In this document: positions 37,806 to 48,058 of the stretch, piece after piece
Layout: the number at the start of each line of letters is the position of its first letter
Numbering within the stretch: the stretch's first letter is position 1
Origin: an uncultured Chloroflexia bacterium
Lineage (GTDB): Bacteria; Chloroflexota; Limnocylindria; Limnocylindrales; CSP1-4
Direction: 5' to 3'
Length of the DNA stretch: 64,000 bases
Assembly (NCBI GenBank): GCA_963707215.1
Contig: CAVPPB010000002.1
Span: 32,001 to 96,000 of the forward strand
Notes under the pieces: generated by a model
Databases searched by the model: none
The model's input: the letters and a program-made list of their open reading frames with translations, nothing else
Told to the model about the DNA's origin: nothing
Position numbers and translations under genes: made by a program

Positions 37806-38177
37806 TCAGGCCTCGCTCAGGTAGGCCCGGACCGACGGTCGGGTCAGGCCCCTGAAGAGGATGACCGCGAGGATCGCGACCGCGATCGCCGGGACCAGGA
37901 GGCCGCCCAGGAGCAGCAGGGGGACGGCTGGCACCGTCAGGGTCGTCAGCCCGAGGGCCAGCGTGCGTGCCGCCTCCTTGCGCTGGAGGACCAGGGTCAC
38001 GGTGAAGATGGTGTAGGCGAGCAGGACCATCACCACGACCCCGGGAAGCGACAGCGGCGCCGAGATGGAGAGGTCGATCACGAAGCGCAGCGACAGGCCG
38101 ATGCTCCCGAGGACGAGCATGGCGTAGCCCAGGAAGATGACGATGCCCGGCGGCATCGCCCGGATCCGCTCGATCAC
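37806..38177 (-). CDS. Small 4-TM membrane protein, hypothetical
   Basis: Hydrophobic 123-aa ORF ending 'PSVRAYLSE'; CAGAAT 6 nt before GTG. Confidence 0.75.
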   Translation of the reverse strand: MIERIRAMPPGIVIFLGYAMLVLGSIGLSLRFVIDLSISAPLSLPGVVVMVLLAYTIFTVTLVLQRKEAARTLALGLTTLTVPAVPLLLLGGLLVPAIAVAILAVILFRGLTRPSVRAYLSEA

Positions 38178-38219
38178 CTGCCGATTCTGCCACGGACGCG
38201 ATGGCTGCCGGACGAGCGC

Positions 38220-38248
38220 TTGACACGATGTCCGAACGTGGGTACGTT
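38220..38248 (+). promoter_or_regulatory. Sigma70 promoter of the LacI/ABC operon
   Basis: TTGACA (38220-38225), 17 bp spacer, TACGTT (38243-38248). Confidence 0.8.
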
Positions 38249-38250
38249 TC

Positions 38251-38276
38251 GCTAAACCGGTTTGCTAAACCGGTTT
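38251..38276. promoter_or_regulatory. Tandem LacI-type operators
   Basis: GCTAAACCGGTTT x2, each containing the palindrome AAACCGGTTT with central CG, over the predicted TSS. Confidence 0.8.
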
Positions 38277-38366
38277 GCGCGACCTCCGTCCCGGGTCGCG
38301 ACCCCACCGTCCAGGCGTCGACGCAGAGCTGCGGCCTGCCCGACGGCCGGGAACGACGGAGACCGA

Positions 38367-39440
38367 GTGCAGACTCGCCCCACGCGCCCGCGTATCGCCG
38401 ACGTCGCCCGCGAAGCCGGGGTCTCCAAGACCGCCGTCTCCTTCGCCTTCAACAACCCCGACCGGCTCAGCCCGGAGACGGCCAGCCGCATCCGAGAGGT
38501 CGCCGACGGTCTCGGCTACCGACCCCACCCGGTGGCCCGGATGCTGGGCCAGCGACGGACCCAGGCGATCGGCATCCTGACTCCCCAGGCGCTCTCGACG
38601 GCCTTCGCCAACCCGTTCTTCCCAGCCTTCGCCGAGGGCGTCGCCCTGGCGACCGAGGACTCCGGGTACGCCCTCCACTTCATCTCGCCGGAGCATGGCT
38701 CGCTGGCCCAGGCCATGGGCCGGGCGACGGTCGACGGCGTCGTCGCGGTCGGCCTCTCGGCCGAGCATCCAGAGGTCGAGGCGATCGAGCGGTCGGGTGT
38801 GCCCGTCGTGCTCGTCGATTCGGTCCCGATGCCGGCCGTCACTTCCGTGGAGGTGGACGACGAGGGAGGCGCGCAGGCGGCCGCCAGCTACCTTCTCGAC
38901 CTCGGTCATCGCTCGTTCCTGGTGATCGGCGTCGAACCGACCCCGCCGGGACGCGACGTCGAGGCGGACGGCGTCTACGCGCGTCGGCTGCGGGGCTACC
39001 GTTCCGCCCTCGAGCCGGCCGGAGTCGAGCTCCTCGACGAGGCGATCGTCGTCGGACCGGCGACGGTGGACGGGGGGCGGGCGGCATTCCACCGGTCATG
39101 GGAGGACGGTCTCCGACCGACGGCCGTCCTGGCCATGAGCGACGCGATGGCGATCGGCGCGATGCGCGCGTGCCGCGATCTGCGGCTGACCGTTCCGGGT
39201 GACGTCAGCGTCGTCGGCTTCGACGACATCGACCTCGCCCAGCTGACCGATCCCACGCTGACCACGGTCCGCCAGCCGATCCGGCGCAAGGGAGAGGAGG
39301 CCGCGCGCCTCCTCATGTCCCTCATCCAGCGGGAGTCCCGCGAGCCGGCCGAGCATCATCGACTGGAGACCAGGCTCATCGTCCGGGCGTCCACCGGGGC
39401 ACCGGGCAAGGGACTGGAGGTGATCGGGGTCCACGACTGA
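38367..39440 (+). CDS. LacI family transcriptional regulator
   Basis: HTH 'IADVAREAGVSKTAVSFAFN', 'VSVVGFDDI', 'LTTVRQP'; GGAG before GTG. Confidence 0.95.
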   Translation: MQTRPTRPRIADVAREAGVSKTAVSFAFNNPDRLSPETASRIREVADGLGYRPHPVARMLGQRRTQAIGILTPQALSTAFANPFFPAFAEGVALATEDSGYALHFISPEHGSLAQAMGRATVDGVVAVGLSAEHPEVEAIERSGVPVVLVDSVPMPAVTSVEVDDEGGAQAAASYLLDLGHRSFLVIGVEPTPPGRDVEADGVYARRLRGYRSALEPAGVELLDEAIVVGPATVDGGRAAFHRSWEDGLRPTAVLAMSDAMAIGAMRACRDLRLTVPGDVSVVGFDDIDLAQLTDPTLTTVRQPIRRKGEEAARLLMSLIQRESREPAEHHRLETRLIVRASTGAPGKGLEVIGVHD

Positions 39441-39603
39441 GGTCTTGCGAGGCGAGCTGTCCGCTCGGTGCGGCCGCTCCCAGTCCGCACCGAACGACAT
39501 GGTCCGCCGCGTCGCGGCGACCGAGGCCGGGATCGCCGGCCACCGATCGACAGAGCGACGACCGTTCGGTCGTCGAAGGAACAGCAAGGAGAGATCCACC
39601 ACG

Positions 39604-40851
39604 ATGAAGAAGCATCTGCGCCTCGGCGCCCTGGCCGCCGTCGCGGTCATCGCGCTCGCGGCGTGCTCCAGCGGCGCCACCACGGCGCCGACCACCGCCC
39701 CGTCGGAGGCTCCCGCCAGCTCCGAGCCGGCTCCGTCGCTGGAGCCCGCGGGACTCAGCGGCGAGCTGACCCTCTGGCACGCCTACGGCTCGTCCGGCGG
39801 CAACGCCGAGTTCAAGGCCTTCACCCGGATCATCCAGGGCATCCAAGCCGCCAACCCGGACCTCAAGCTGACCATCCTCGAGGTCCCCTTCAACGACATC
39901 TACAAGAAGTTCGAGACCGAGTCGGCCACCGGCGGCGGCCCCGATCTCTTCATCGCCCCCAACGACAGCCTGGGCTCGCAGGCCCGCGGCAACTTCCTCG
40001 TCAACCTCGACGGCAAGATCGACGACGTCATCGCCAACTCCAGCGACGTCTCGGTCAACGGCAGCAAGGTCGGCGAGAACCTCTTCATGGTCCCCGAGTC
40101 CCTCAAGGCCGTGGCCATGTACTACGACACCGAGATCGTCCCCGAGGCACCGGCCACCACCGACGACCTCCTCACCTACGTGAAGGCGGGCGGCAAGGTC
40201 GGCCTCATCAGCGGCGCCTACTTCGGTTGGGGTTTCTACAGCGCCTTCGGCGGCGACATCTTCGACGAGACGCAGACCACCTGCCAGGCGACCGCCAACA
40301 GCGGCGTCGCCGACGCCCTGGCCTTCGTCAAGGAGCTGAAGGACGCCGGCGCGCTCGTCGACGCCGACTACGGCAAGGTCAACGACGCGTTCCTCAACGG
40401 CGAGATCGACGTCATGCTCAACGGCAACTGGACGCTCGGCGACTACCGCGCCGCCCGCCCCGCCGTTGCGGTGGCTCCGGTCCCGGCCGGCCCCGGTGGC
40501 CCGGCTGCGACCATGGCCGGTGTCGACGGCTGGTACATCAACACCTCGTCGAAGAACGTCGACCTGGCGATCGCCGCGGCTGCCGCGATGGTCTCCCAGG
40601 ACGCCCAGACGATCTACGTCGACGTGGCCGGCCACGTTCCCGCCAACAAGAACATCGAGATCATCGACCCGCTTGTCGCTTCGTTCGCGGAGGCCATCGA
40701 CCAGGGCTACGCCCGGCCGCAGGGTGAGGCGATGAACAACTACTGGGGCAATTTCGACAACGCCTGGAGCCAGGTCCTCACTGCGGACGCCGACCCCGTC
40801 GCCGCCGTCGAGGAGGCCTGCGCGGCCATGGACGCCGCCAACGGCTTCTAG
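39604..40851 (+). CDS. Sugar (maltodextrin-type) ABC substrate-binding lipoprotein
   Basis: Lipobox 'LAAC', 'LTLWH', 'GPDLFIAPND', 'NGNW', 'MNNYW'. Confidence 0.92.
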   Translation: MKKHLRLGALAAVAVIALAACSSGATTAPTTAPSEAPASSEPAPSLEPAGLSGELTLWHAYGSSGGNAEFKAFTRIIQGIQAANPDLKLTILEVPFNDIYKKFETESATGGGPDLFIAPNDSLGSQARGNFLVNLDGKIDDVIANSSDVSVNGSKVGENLFMVPESLKAVAMYYDTEIVPEAPATTDDLLTYVKAGGKVGLISGAYFGWGFYSAFGGDIFDETQTTCQATANSGVADALAFVKELKDAGALVDADYGKVNDAFLNGEIDVMLNGNWTLGDYRAARPAVAVAPVPAGPGGPAATMAGVDGWYINTSSKNVDLAIAAAAAMVSQDAQTIYVDVAGHVPANKNIEIIDPLVASFAEAIDQGYARPQGEAMNNYWGNFDNAWSQVLTADADPVAAVEEACAAMDAANGF

Positions 40852-40860
40852 TCGCGCACG

Positions 40861-40920
40861 CGCCCGTCACCTGACGGGCGTCGGCGGGGCGGGCGGCCGG
40901 TCGACCGGCCGTCCGCCCCG
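40861..40920 (+). terminator. Two intercistronic hairpins after the binding-protein gene (mRNA stabiliser / attenuator)
   Basis: CGCCCGTCA-CC-TGACGGGCG and GGGGCGGGCGGCCGG-TCGA-CCGGCCGTCCGCCCC. Confidence 0.6.
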
Positions 40921-40983
40921 CTACCATCCACGGCACAGCCCGAGGGGTGCCCGAGGCCCGGGGCCTGAGGAGAGGGAGCGCCG

Positions 40984-41994
40984 ATGACCGCTGCGGCAAC
41001 CGAAGCTCAGACGGCGAAGGCGGCGTCGCGCCGCTGGCGCCGAGGCGGATCCGCCTATCTGTACCTGGTGCCCGCGCTCCTGGTCATGGGCGTGATCACG
41101 CTCTACCCCCTGCTGTACCAGGTCTGGATGTCGTTCACCGACTACGGGATCCAGAACCTCCGCTTCGACTCCCCTCCGGCCAACTTCGTGGGCATCGACA
41201 ACTACGTCAACGTCCTGACCAGCCAGCTGGAGATCCCCAACTACTACTTCGTCCGGCTGATCCTGTACAACATGTTCTGGGCCTTCAGCAACGTGGCGAT
41301 CCATGTCGTGCTCGGCGTTGCGATCGCCCTGCTGATGCACACCAAGGGCCTCTGGTTCAAGCGGCTCTACCGCTCGCTGTTCATCCTCCCCGTCGTCATC
41401 CCGCCGCTCATCGTGGCGACGGTCTGGAAGAACATGTACGACGCCAACTACGGCGCCATCAACCAGCTGCTCATGCTCCTCGGCGGCTTTTTCGGGATCG
41501 AGCAGTCCGCCTTCCAGATCGACTGGCTGCGCCAGGTCGAGGACCCCATCCCGTTCATCCCGCTGCCGCTCGCCTTCTTCGCCATGCTCGTCACCAACAC
41601 GTGGCTGGGCTGGCCGCTGAACGCGGTCGTGGCGACCGGGGCGCTCCAGAGCATCCCGAACGAGCTCTACGAGGCGGCCGAGATCGACGGCGCGGGCTCG
41701 TGGCAGAAGTTCCGCAACGTGACGATGGTCTACCTGCGGCCGGCCATGCTGCCATACGCCATCTACGGCTTCGTCATCACCTTCAACCTGTTCCACCTCG
41801 CCTACTTCATGTCGGCCGGAGGTCCGTTCGGCAGGACCGAGCTCCTGGTCACCCAGGCCTACCGCCTGGTCAATGACCAGCAGCTGTACGGGGTCGCGGC
41901 GTCGTTCGCCGTCGTCATGTTCTTCATCCTGCTCACCATCACCCTGATCACCAACCGGATGGCCAGGGCGACGAAGAGCTACGCGGACCTGTGA
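40984..41994 (+). CDS. Sugar ABC permease (MalF-like)
   Basis: EAA loop 'LQSIPNELYEAAEIDGAGSWQKFRNVT'. Confidence 0.93.
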   Translation: MTAAATEAQTAKAASRRWRRGGSAYLYLVPALLVMGVITLYPLLYQVWMSFTDYGIQNLRFDSPPANFVGIDNYVNVLTSQLEIPNYYFVRLILYNMFWAFSNVAIHVVLGVAIALLMHTKGLWFKRLYRSLFILPVVIPPLIVATVWKNMYDANYGAINQLLMLLGGFFGIEQSAFQIDWLRQVEDPIPFIPLPLAFFAMLVTNTWLGWPLNAVVATGALQSIPNELYEAAEIDGAGSWQKFRNVTMVYLRPAMLPYAIYGFVITFNLFHLAYFMSAGGPFGRTELLVTQAYRLVNDQQLYGVAASFAVVMFFILLTITLITNRMARATKSYADL

Positions 41995-42004
41995 GGGAGA
42001 TGCG

Positions 42005-42985
42005 ATGAGCGCCTACGGAGCCGGCGTCCTCGACGCCATGAGCCGCCGCCGCAACCTTCCCAAGGGCCCACGCTGGCGTCGGCCTGCCCTCTACCGGAGC
42101 CGCCGTGACCAGCCCTCGCTGGTCAAGCAGGCCGGGATGCAGGCGATCGCCATCGGCCTGCTGTTCACCGTGATGTTCCCGATCCTGTGGGTCTTCTCGC
42201 TGTCCCTGGACCCGCTCAACCGCTCGCGCCCCGAAGGCCTGAGCCTCATCCCGACAAACGCGACCCTGGAGTCCTACCGCCAGGCCATCGAGCAGCCCAC
42301 GAACAACCCGATCACCTTCCTGGAGCTGACCGCCAACAGCCTGAAGATCGCCGTCGGCGCGTCGGTCATCAGCGTAGCCATCGGGGTCCTGGCGGCCTAC
42401 GCGTTCTCGCGGCTCAAGTTCCGAGGCCGTGAGGTGCTCATGCTCGCCATTCTCGGCGTGCTCATGCTCCCGGCGGTCGCGACGCTGGCGCCCCTGTTCA
42501 CCCTATTGAACGGGGTCCAGATCAGCCTGCCCATCATCGGCGAGTTCAACCTCAGGAACTCGCTGCTGGGGGTGGGCCTGGCCATCATCTCGGGGCTTCT
42601 GCCGTTCGCGATCTGGAACCTCAAGGGCTACCTCGACACGATCCCCCGCGACCTCGAGGAGGCCGCGGCGGTGGACGGGGCGACCCAGAACCAGACGTTC
42701 CTGCGGATCATCCTGCCCCTGGCGACGCCGGCCCTGGCCGTCACGGCCTTCCTCGGCTTCGTGGCCGGCTGGACGGAGTTCTACTTCTCCTGGATGTTCC
42801 TCAACAAGGTCGAGGACCAGACCCTGGCCATGGCCCTCTACTCGATGCAGGGCCAGTTCACCAACACGCCATGGTCGACGTTCTCGGCCTTCGCGATCAT
42901 GTTCGCCCTGCCTCCGGCGATCGTGTACTTCTTCGCCCAGCGCTACATCACCTCGGGCCTCGCGGTCGGCGCCGTCAAGGGCTGA
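42005..42985 (+). CDS. Sugar ABC permease (MalG-like)
   Basis: 'LKGYLDTIPRDLEEAAAVDGA', ends 'GLAVGAVKG'. Confidence 0.93.
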   Translation: MSAYGAGVLDAMSRRRNLPKGPRWRRPALYRSRRDQPSLVKQAGMQAIAIGLLFTVMFPILWVFSLSLDPLNRSRPEGLSLIPTNATLESYRQAIEQPTNNPITFLELTANSLKIAVGASVISVAIGVLAAYAFSRLKFRGREVLMLAILGVLMLPAVATLAPLFTLLNGVQISLPIIGEFNLRNSLLGVGLAIISGLLPFAIWNLKGYLDTIPRDLEEAAAVDGATQNQTFLRIILPLATPALAVTAFLGFVAGWTEFYFSWMFLNKVEDQTLAMALYSMQGQFTNTPWSTFSAFAIMFALPPAIVYFFAQRYITSGLAVGAVKG

Positions 42986-43014
42986 CCCCAGGCCGCCACC
43001 GCCCTGTCCTCGCC

Positions 43015-44736
43015 TCAGGAGCCCAGGCGGAGGACGACGGTGGAGCGGGCCGGCAGCTCGGCGAGGGGCACCCAGCCCTCGACCCCGCCGGTCAGGGTCA
43101 GCACCGGGGGCGTGGCCTGGGTCGGCGCGGCGCCGGCGTCCCAGCCGTCGGCGAAGATCACGTCCGGCGTGCCCGGGCCGCACGGCAGGCCGCTGTCGAG
43201 GCTCAGGCCGACGTCGGCCACGGGCGCCCCGGAGAGGTTCACCATGACCAGGAGCGTCTCCGTGGGCGTGGAACGGATGACCGCGCTCACGGCCGACGAT
43301 GACGTCTGGAGCGGGATCGTCGAGCCGACCCGGAGTGCCGCCTCCTCGTTCCGGAGGCCGATCAAGGCCCGGTAGTGGGCGAGCAGCGAGGCGGCGTCGT
43401 CCACCTGGGCTGCCACGCTCGTCTCCGGTGGGTCGTCGCCGAAGGCCTGCCACGGCTCCCCCGAGGTGAAGCCGTTGCCTGGCTCTCCCGGATCCCAGGG
43501 CATCGGCGTCCGGATCCGCTCGTCGGGCTTGCGGCCCGTCAGCCCGATCTCCTCTCCGTAGTAGACGAACGGGACGCCCGGGTCGGTCAGCAGCAGCGAG
43601 GCCGCCACCCGCAGCGCCCCCGGGTCGCTGCGGAGCTCGCTGGCGACCCGGTTCTGATCGTGATTCGTCAGGAAGGCCGCATACGTGCCGGGCGGGTAGA
43701 GGTCGAGGAGCTGCTCGCGGAGGGCCGCGATCGGGGCGGTGTCCTCCAGGTCGGCCGCCCGGACCATCGCGTCAGCCAACTCGAACTCGAAGGCTACGTC
43801 GACGGCGCCCTCGGTGACGTAGCGGGCCGCCGTGACCGAGGCATCCCAGATCTCGCCGACGAGGAACGCGTCAGGGGAGGCCGACTTGACCGTGGTCCGG
43901 AAGTCACGGGCCCAGGCGAAGGTCGCCGGCGTGTTCTCCTGTTCGGGTCCCTCCTCGACGTAGTGCTTGACGGCGTCGAGGCGATAGCCGTCCACGCCGG
44001 CCGCCAGCCACGACCCGGCGATCGCCTCCAGCTCGGCGGTGATGTCAGGCTGGGTGAGCGCAAGGTCCGGCATCCCCTCCCAGAACAGGCCGTAGTAGAA
44101 CCGACCATCGAGGGGGTGCCAGACCGGCTGCCCTGCCGGCCCGGCCCAGCCCGGCTGCTCGTCGGCCCAGACGTACCAGTCGGCCCGGTCGGACGTCGGA
44201 TCGCGGGACGCCGGAACCAGGGGTGCTCGGTCGAGGTGTGGTTGAGGACCAGGTCGACGATGACCGCGATCCCGCGCTCGTGGGCGGCGCGACGAGCGCG
44301 AGGAGGTCCTCCGTGGAGCCGTAGTCACGCTCGATCGCCCCGTAGTCGACCGTGTCGTAGCCGTGGTAGCTGGCGGCCTCGAAGACCGGCATCAGCCAGA
44401 TCCCCGTCACGCCGAGGTCGGTCGGTCGTCGCCGGGTCGCCGTCGTTCAGGTAATCGAGCCGGTCGATCAGGCCGCGCAGGTCGCCGATACCGTCGCCGT
44501 CGGAGTCCTGGAAGCTTCGGACGAAGATCTCGTAGAAGACCCGGTCGTTCCACCAGCCCAGCTCGGGGGTCGGCTGCGGGGCGATGCAGGCGGCGGGAAT
44601 CGCCGGACGATGAGGGCGTCGCCGACGCGGCCGACGACGGCGTCGACGGCTGGGCCTCCGTCGACGGGGCAGCCGAGCCGCAGCCGACGAGGACCAGCGC
44701 CAGGACGAGCAGGCCGGCGCGGCGGAATGGTCGCAT
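43015..44736 (-). CDS. Lipoprotein GH13 alpha-amylase (indels ~44230-44600)
   Basis: Lipobox 'LVGC', '[20 protein letters not shown]', 'SYHGYD', catalytic 'GYRLDAVKH' / 'GEIW' / 'FLTNHDQ'. Confidence 0.88.
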
Positions 44737-44783
44737 CCGCGGAGCGTACCGCGGGCGCGCCGGGCTCGCCCTACACTCGACCG

Positions 44784-46312
44784 ATGCCGATCGACACGCC
44801 GGCCTGGGTCCGTGACGCGGTCTTCTACCAGATCTTCCCGGACCGCTTCGCGGCCAGCGCGCGGGTCCCCAAGCCCGGCCCCCTCGAGCCGTGGGACGCA
44901 GCACCGACGCGGCACGGCTTCAAGGGCGGTGACCTCCTGGGGATCGTCGAGCGGCTGCCCTACCTGGAGTCGATCGGCGTCACCGCTCTCTACCTGACCC
45001 CGATCTTCGCCTCGGCCTCGAACCACCGCTATCACACCTACGACTACCTCCATGTCGATCCGCTCCTCGGTGGCGATGCGGCGCTGCGGGAGCTGCTCGA
45101 CGCGTCGCACGACCGAGGGATGCGGGTCGTCCTCGACGGTGTCTTCAACCACACTGGCCGTGGCTTCTGGCCCTTCCACCACGTCGTCGAGAACGGCCTT
45201 GACTCGCCGTATGCAGGCTGGTTCCACCTCGACCGCGACCGCCTCGCCGCGGGCCGTCCCCTGGACCCGTACCCGGCGGTCGTCCACGAGGTCCATGGCG
45301 GCGACGGCGGCTCCCTCACCCGCCTCGGCTACCGGGCCTGGTGGGACCTGCCGGCGCTGCCCAAGCTCGACACGAACGAACCCGCGGTCCGCGAGTATCC
45401 TGTTCGGGGTGGCCGAGCACTGGCTTCGCTTCGGCATCGACGGCTGGCGTCTCGACGTCCCGCACGGAGATCGACGACGGGGCGTTCTGGGCCGAGTTCC
45501 GCCGGCGCTGCCGGGCGATCCGAGGTGACGCCTACCTCGTCGGCGAGATCTGGCGCGAGGCTCCCGAGTGGCTCCAGGGCGACCGGTTCGACGCGGTCAT
45601 GGATTACCCGCTGGCGGAGGCGCTGCTGGGCTTCGCCAGCGGGCGCCACCTCGATCGCGCGGTCCTCGACTTCCACGAGGAGTACCGCGAGCGGGTCCGG
45701 CCGCTGACCGGGCCGGAGTTCGGGCAGGAGCTCGAGCGCATCCTCCAGCTCTACCCTCCCGAGGTCACGGCGGTCCAGCTCAACCTCATCGACAGCCACG
45801 ACACGCCGCGGTTCCTGACCTTCAGTGGGGGAGACCGGGCCGCCCTCCGCCTGGCCCTGCTCCTGCTCCTCACCCTGCCCGGGGTTCCGTGCATCTACTA
45901 CGGCGACGAGATCGGCCTGGAGGGCGGTCCGGACCCGGATTGCCGACGAGCGTTCCCCTGGGAGGAGGATCGCTGGGACCGCGAGCTCCTCGAGCTGACC
46001 GGCTCGCTCGCCCGCCTCAGGCACGCGGTGCCGGCGCTGCGGCACGGGACCACCCGGGTGGTCGGCGCCTCCGGCGGCGCGGTGGCCATCGAGCGGGCTC
46101 TCGACGGCGAGCGCCTGTTGATCCTCGCCAACGCCGCCGACGATCCAGTCGATCTCGGGGTCCACCTCGGGCAGCCGCACGGCGGACGACCCCTGGCAGT
46201 CGTCCCGGTGCCGGGCATGGAGTCGTCGTCGACACCCGGACGACTGTCGGCGGAGGGGGCGGCGACACTCGGCCTGCCCGGTCGCGCCGGCGCGATCGTC
46301 CGTCTCGCCTGA
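44784..46312 (+). CDS. GH13 neopullulanase / cyclomaltodextrinase-type glycosidase (indels ~45400, ~45465)
   Basis: 'FYQIFPDRF', '[10 protein letters not shown]', 'DGVFNH', 'DGWRLDV', 'GEIW', 'DSHDTPR', '[10 protein letters not shown]'. Confidence 0.92.
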
Positions 46313-46327
46313 CGGGGCTATCCTTCG

Positions 46328-47035
46328 GTGCCCGTGGCCGATCATCCCCTGCTCCTCGACCCGACCGCTGCGACCCGGCTCGAGCCGCACCTCGATGCCG
46401 CCGGGAAGGTCGTCCGCGCGCTCGAGGCGCTGGGACCGGTCGCCGGTCGCGACGTCGTGCTCGTCGACGGCGGTGGCGGAAGGATGGCGGCCGCTCTGAT
46501 CGCCACCGGCGCACGCCTGACCGTGGTCGACCGGGCGGCGCCACGGTCGAGCGTCCCCGCGTCCGCCGTGTCGCCTGCTGCGGGTCGCGCCGGCGACGAC
46601 AGGGGCCCGGCTGCCCGGAGCGGCGAGCCCGCCGACCTCGGCCTGCCGTCGGCGTCGGCCGATGTCATCGTCGGCTGCTGGTCCGCCTATCGCGGCGTGG
46701 ACCCCGACGAGATGGCCGAGGCGGACCGGGTCCTTCGCCCGGAGGGCCGGATCCTGGTGCTCCACGACTACGGCCGCGACGATGTGTCGCGACTGGCCGA
46801 CCCGGACCTTCCCGAGTACGCGTCCTGGGGACGGCGCGACGGCCCCTTCCTGCTGGCCGGCTTCAGGGTCCGGGTCATCCACGCCTGGTGGACGTTCGAC
46901 TCGGTCGAGCAGGCCGGCGAGCTTCTGGCCGCATCGTTCGGGGAGCGCGGCGCCGCCCTGGCCGCCGAGCTGCGGCGACCCCGTCTCTCGTGGAACCTGG
47001 CCGTCTACCACCGCGACCGGACGGCGATCCCGTGA
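46328..47035 (+). CDS. SAM-dependent methyltransferase-like protein
   Basis: 'VVLVDGGGG', 'LPSASADVIV', 'RVLRPEGRILV'. Confidence 0.7.
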   Translation: MPVADHPLLLDPTAATRLEPHLDAAGKVVRALEALGPVAGRDVVLVDGGGGRMAAALIATGARLTVVDRAAPRSSVPASAVSPAAGRAGDDRGPAARSGEPADLGLPSASADVIVGCWSAYRGVDPDEMAEADRVLRPEGRILVLHDYGRDDVSRLADPDLPEYASWGRRDGPFLLAGFRVRVIHAWWTFDSVEQAGELLAASFGERGAALAAELRRPRLSWNLAVYHRDRTAIP

Positions 47036-47463
47036 CCACGCCCCCTCGGGACCCTCGTCCTCGCGGGGGCGACCGCTCCCAGGCCACGCCGCGGCGCTCC
47101 CAGGCCACGGCCGCCTCGCCGCCCGGGACGGCCCGCAGGCGCCGCCGTCGGATCTCGCCGCTGTGGTCGATCCTGGTCGTCGCCGTCGTCGGTTCGGTCG
47201 TCTTCAGCCTCTACGCCCTCACCATCCGTGACGAGGCACAGGTCCCGATGCTCGCCGCCGGCTCGCTCGTCGTCGCGATCTCCTTCGGCGCCGTAGCCGT
47301 GGCCGGAGCGTTCACGGCGTATCGCTCCGCCCGAGACGGGAGGAGCGGCACGGCCCTTGCCGCAGCCCTGCTCGGGGGCCTCGCGGCGCTGATCGCGGCC
47401 GGGTCGCTGGCCGTCGCCACGGTCCTGGCGCAGATCTGGGGCGGGACCGGCACGGTCAGCTGA
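47032..47463 (+). CDS. Hypothetical 3-TM membrane protein
   Basis: GTGA overlap with the upstream stop; basic N-terminus then three hydrophobic helices. Confidence 0.7.
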   Translation: MTTPPRDPRPRGGDRSQATPRRSQATAASPPGTARRRRRRISPLWSILVVAVVGSVVFSLYALTIRDEAQVPMLAAGSLVVAISFGAVAVAGAFTAYRSARDGRSGTALAAALLGGLAALIAAGSLAVATVLAQIWGGTGTVS

Positions 47464-47509
47464 CGCCTCCGAGTCCTGGCAGGGCGCCCTGCTACACTCG
47501 CCGCCCATG

Positions 47510-47586
47510 GCCCCCATCGTCTAGAGGCCTAGGACGCCACCCTTTCAAGGTGGAGATCAGGGGTTCGAATCCCCTTGGGGGCACCA
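47510..47586 (+). tRNA. tRNA-Glu (TTC)
   Basis: Acceptor GCCCCCA/TGGGGGC, anticodon arm CCACC-CTTTCAA-GGTGG, T-loop GGTTCGAATCC, encoded CCA; TACACT upstream. Confidence 0.97.
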
Positions 47587-47671
47587 TCCCTCGGCCCGAC
47601 CCGACCCGAACTGGTCGGAGACCGGCGCCCGGGCACGCGCGCAAGGCGGCCCGCTGCTACCATCCGGGGCG

Positions 47672-48025
47672 ATGGAGATCATGGGGATCCGGATCCCGAC
47701 CATCATCCACGACAACGTCGCAAGCCGATGCGACGGCTGCGGCGAGGTCATCGTCGGCACCCCGTGGCGGGTCAGCCTGCTCGACGTCGTCGCCGCCGAG
47801 GCCCCGGCCAGCTGGTCCGAGCGGCCGGCCCTCAACCCGGGCCCGTTCCAGTTCCACGCCGACCCGTCGCACGTCCGGGCCTGGCTGAGGGAGCGCGACA
47901 TCCTCTTCTGTCGGCTCGGTCAGGTCCGCGAGATCATGCGCCCCGTGCTCATCCCCGGCGACACGCCGCGATGGGGCGTCTGCGACGGGCTGCATCGCGA
48001 CGCCCACGAGTTCATCCCGGCCTGA
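47672..48025 (+). CDS. Small Cys/His-rich hypothetical protein (possible Zn-binding)
   Basis: 'CDGC...FH..PSH...C...CDGLHRDAH'; GC3-rich codons; TACCAT upstream. Confidence 0.75.
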   Translation: MEIMGIRIPTIIHDNVASRCDGCGEVIVGTPWRVSLLDVVAAEAPASWSERPALNPGPFQFHADPSHVRAWLRERDILFCRLGQVREIMRPVLIPGDTPRWGVCDGLHRDAHEFIPA

Positions 48026-48058
48026 GCCGGTCGGCCGCCCGCGGCCGAGGATCGAGCC

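Noticed and set aside
47510-47670. tRNA-Glu as an integration site for a genomic island
   Set aside because: No integrase, no duplicate tRNA 3' end seen, and no compositional shift.
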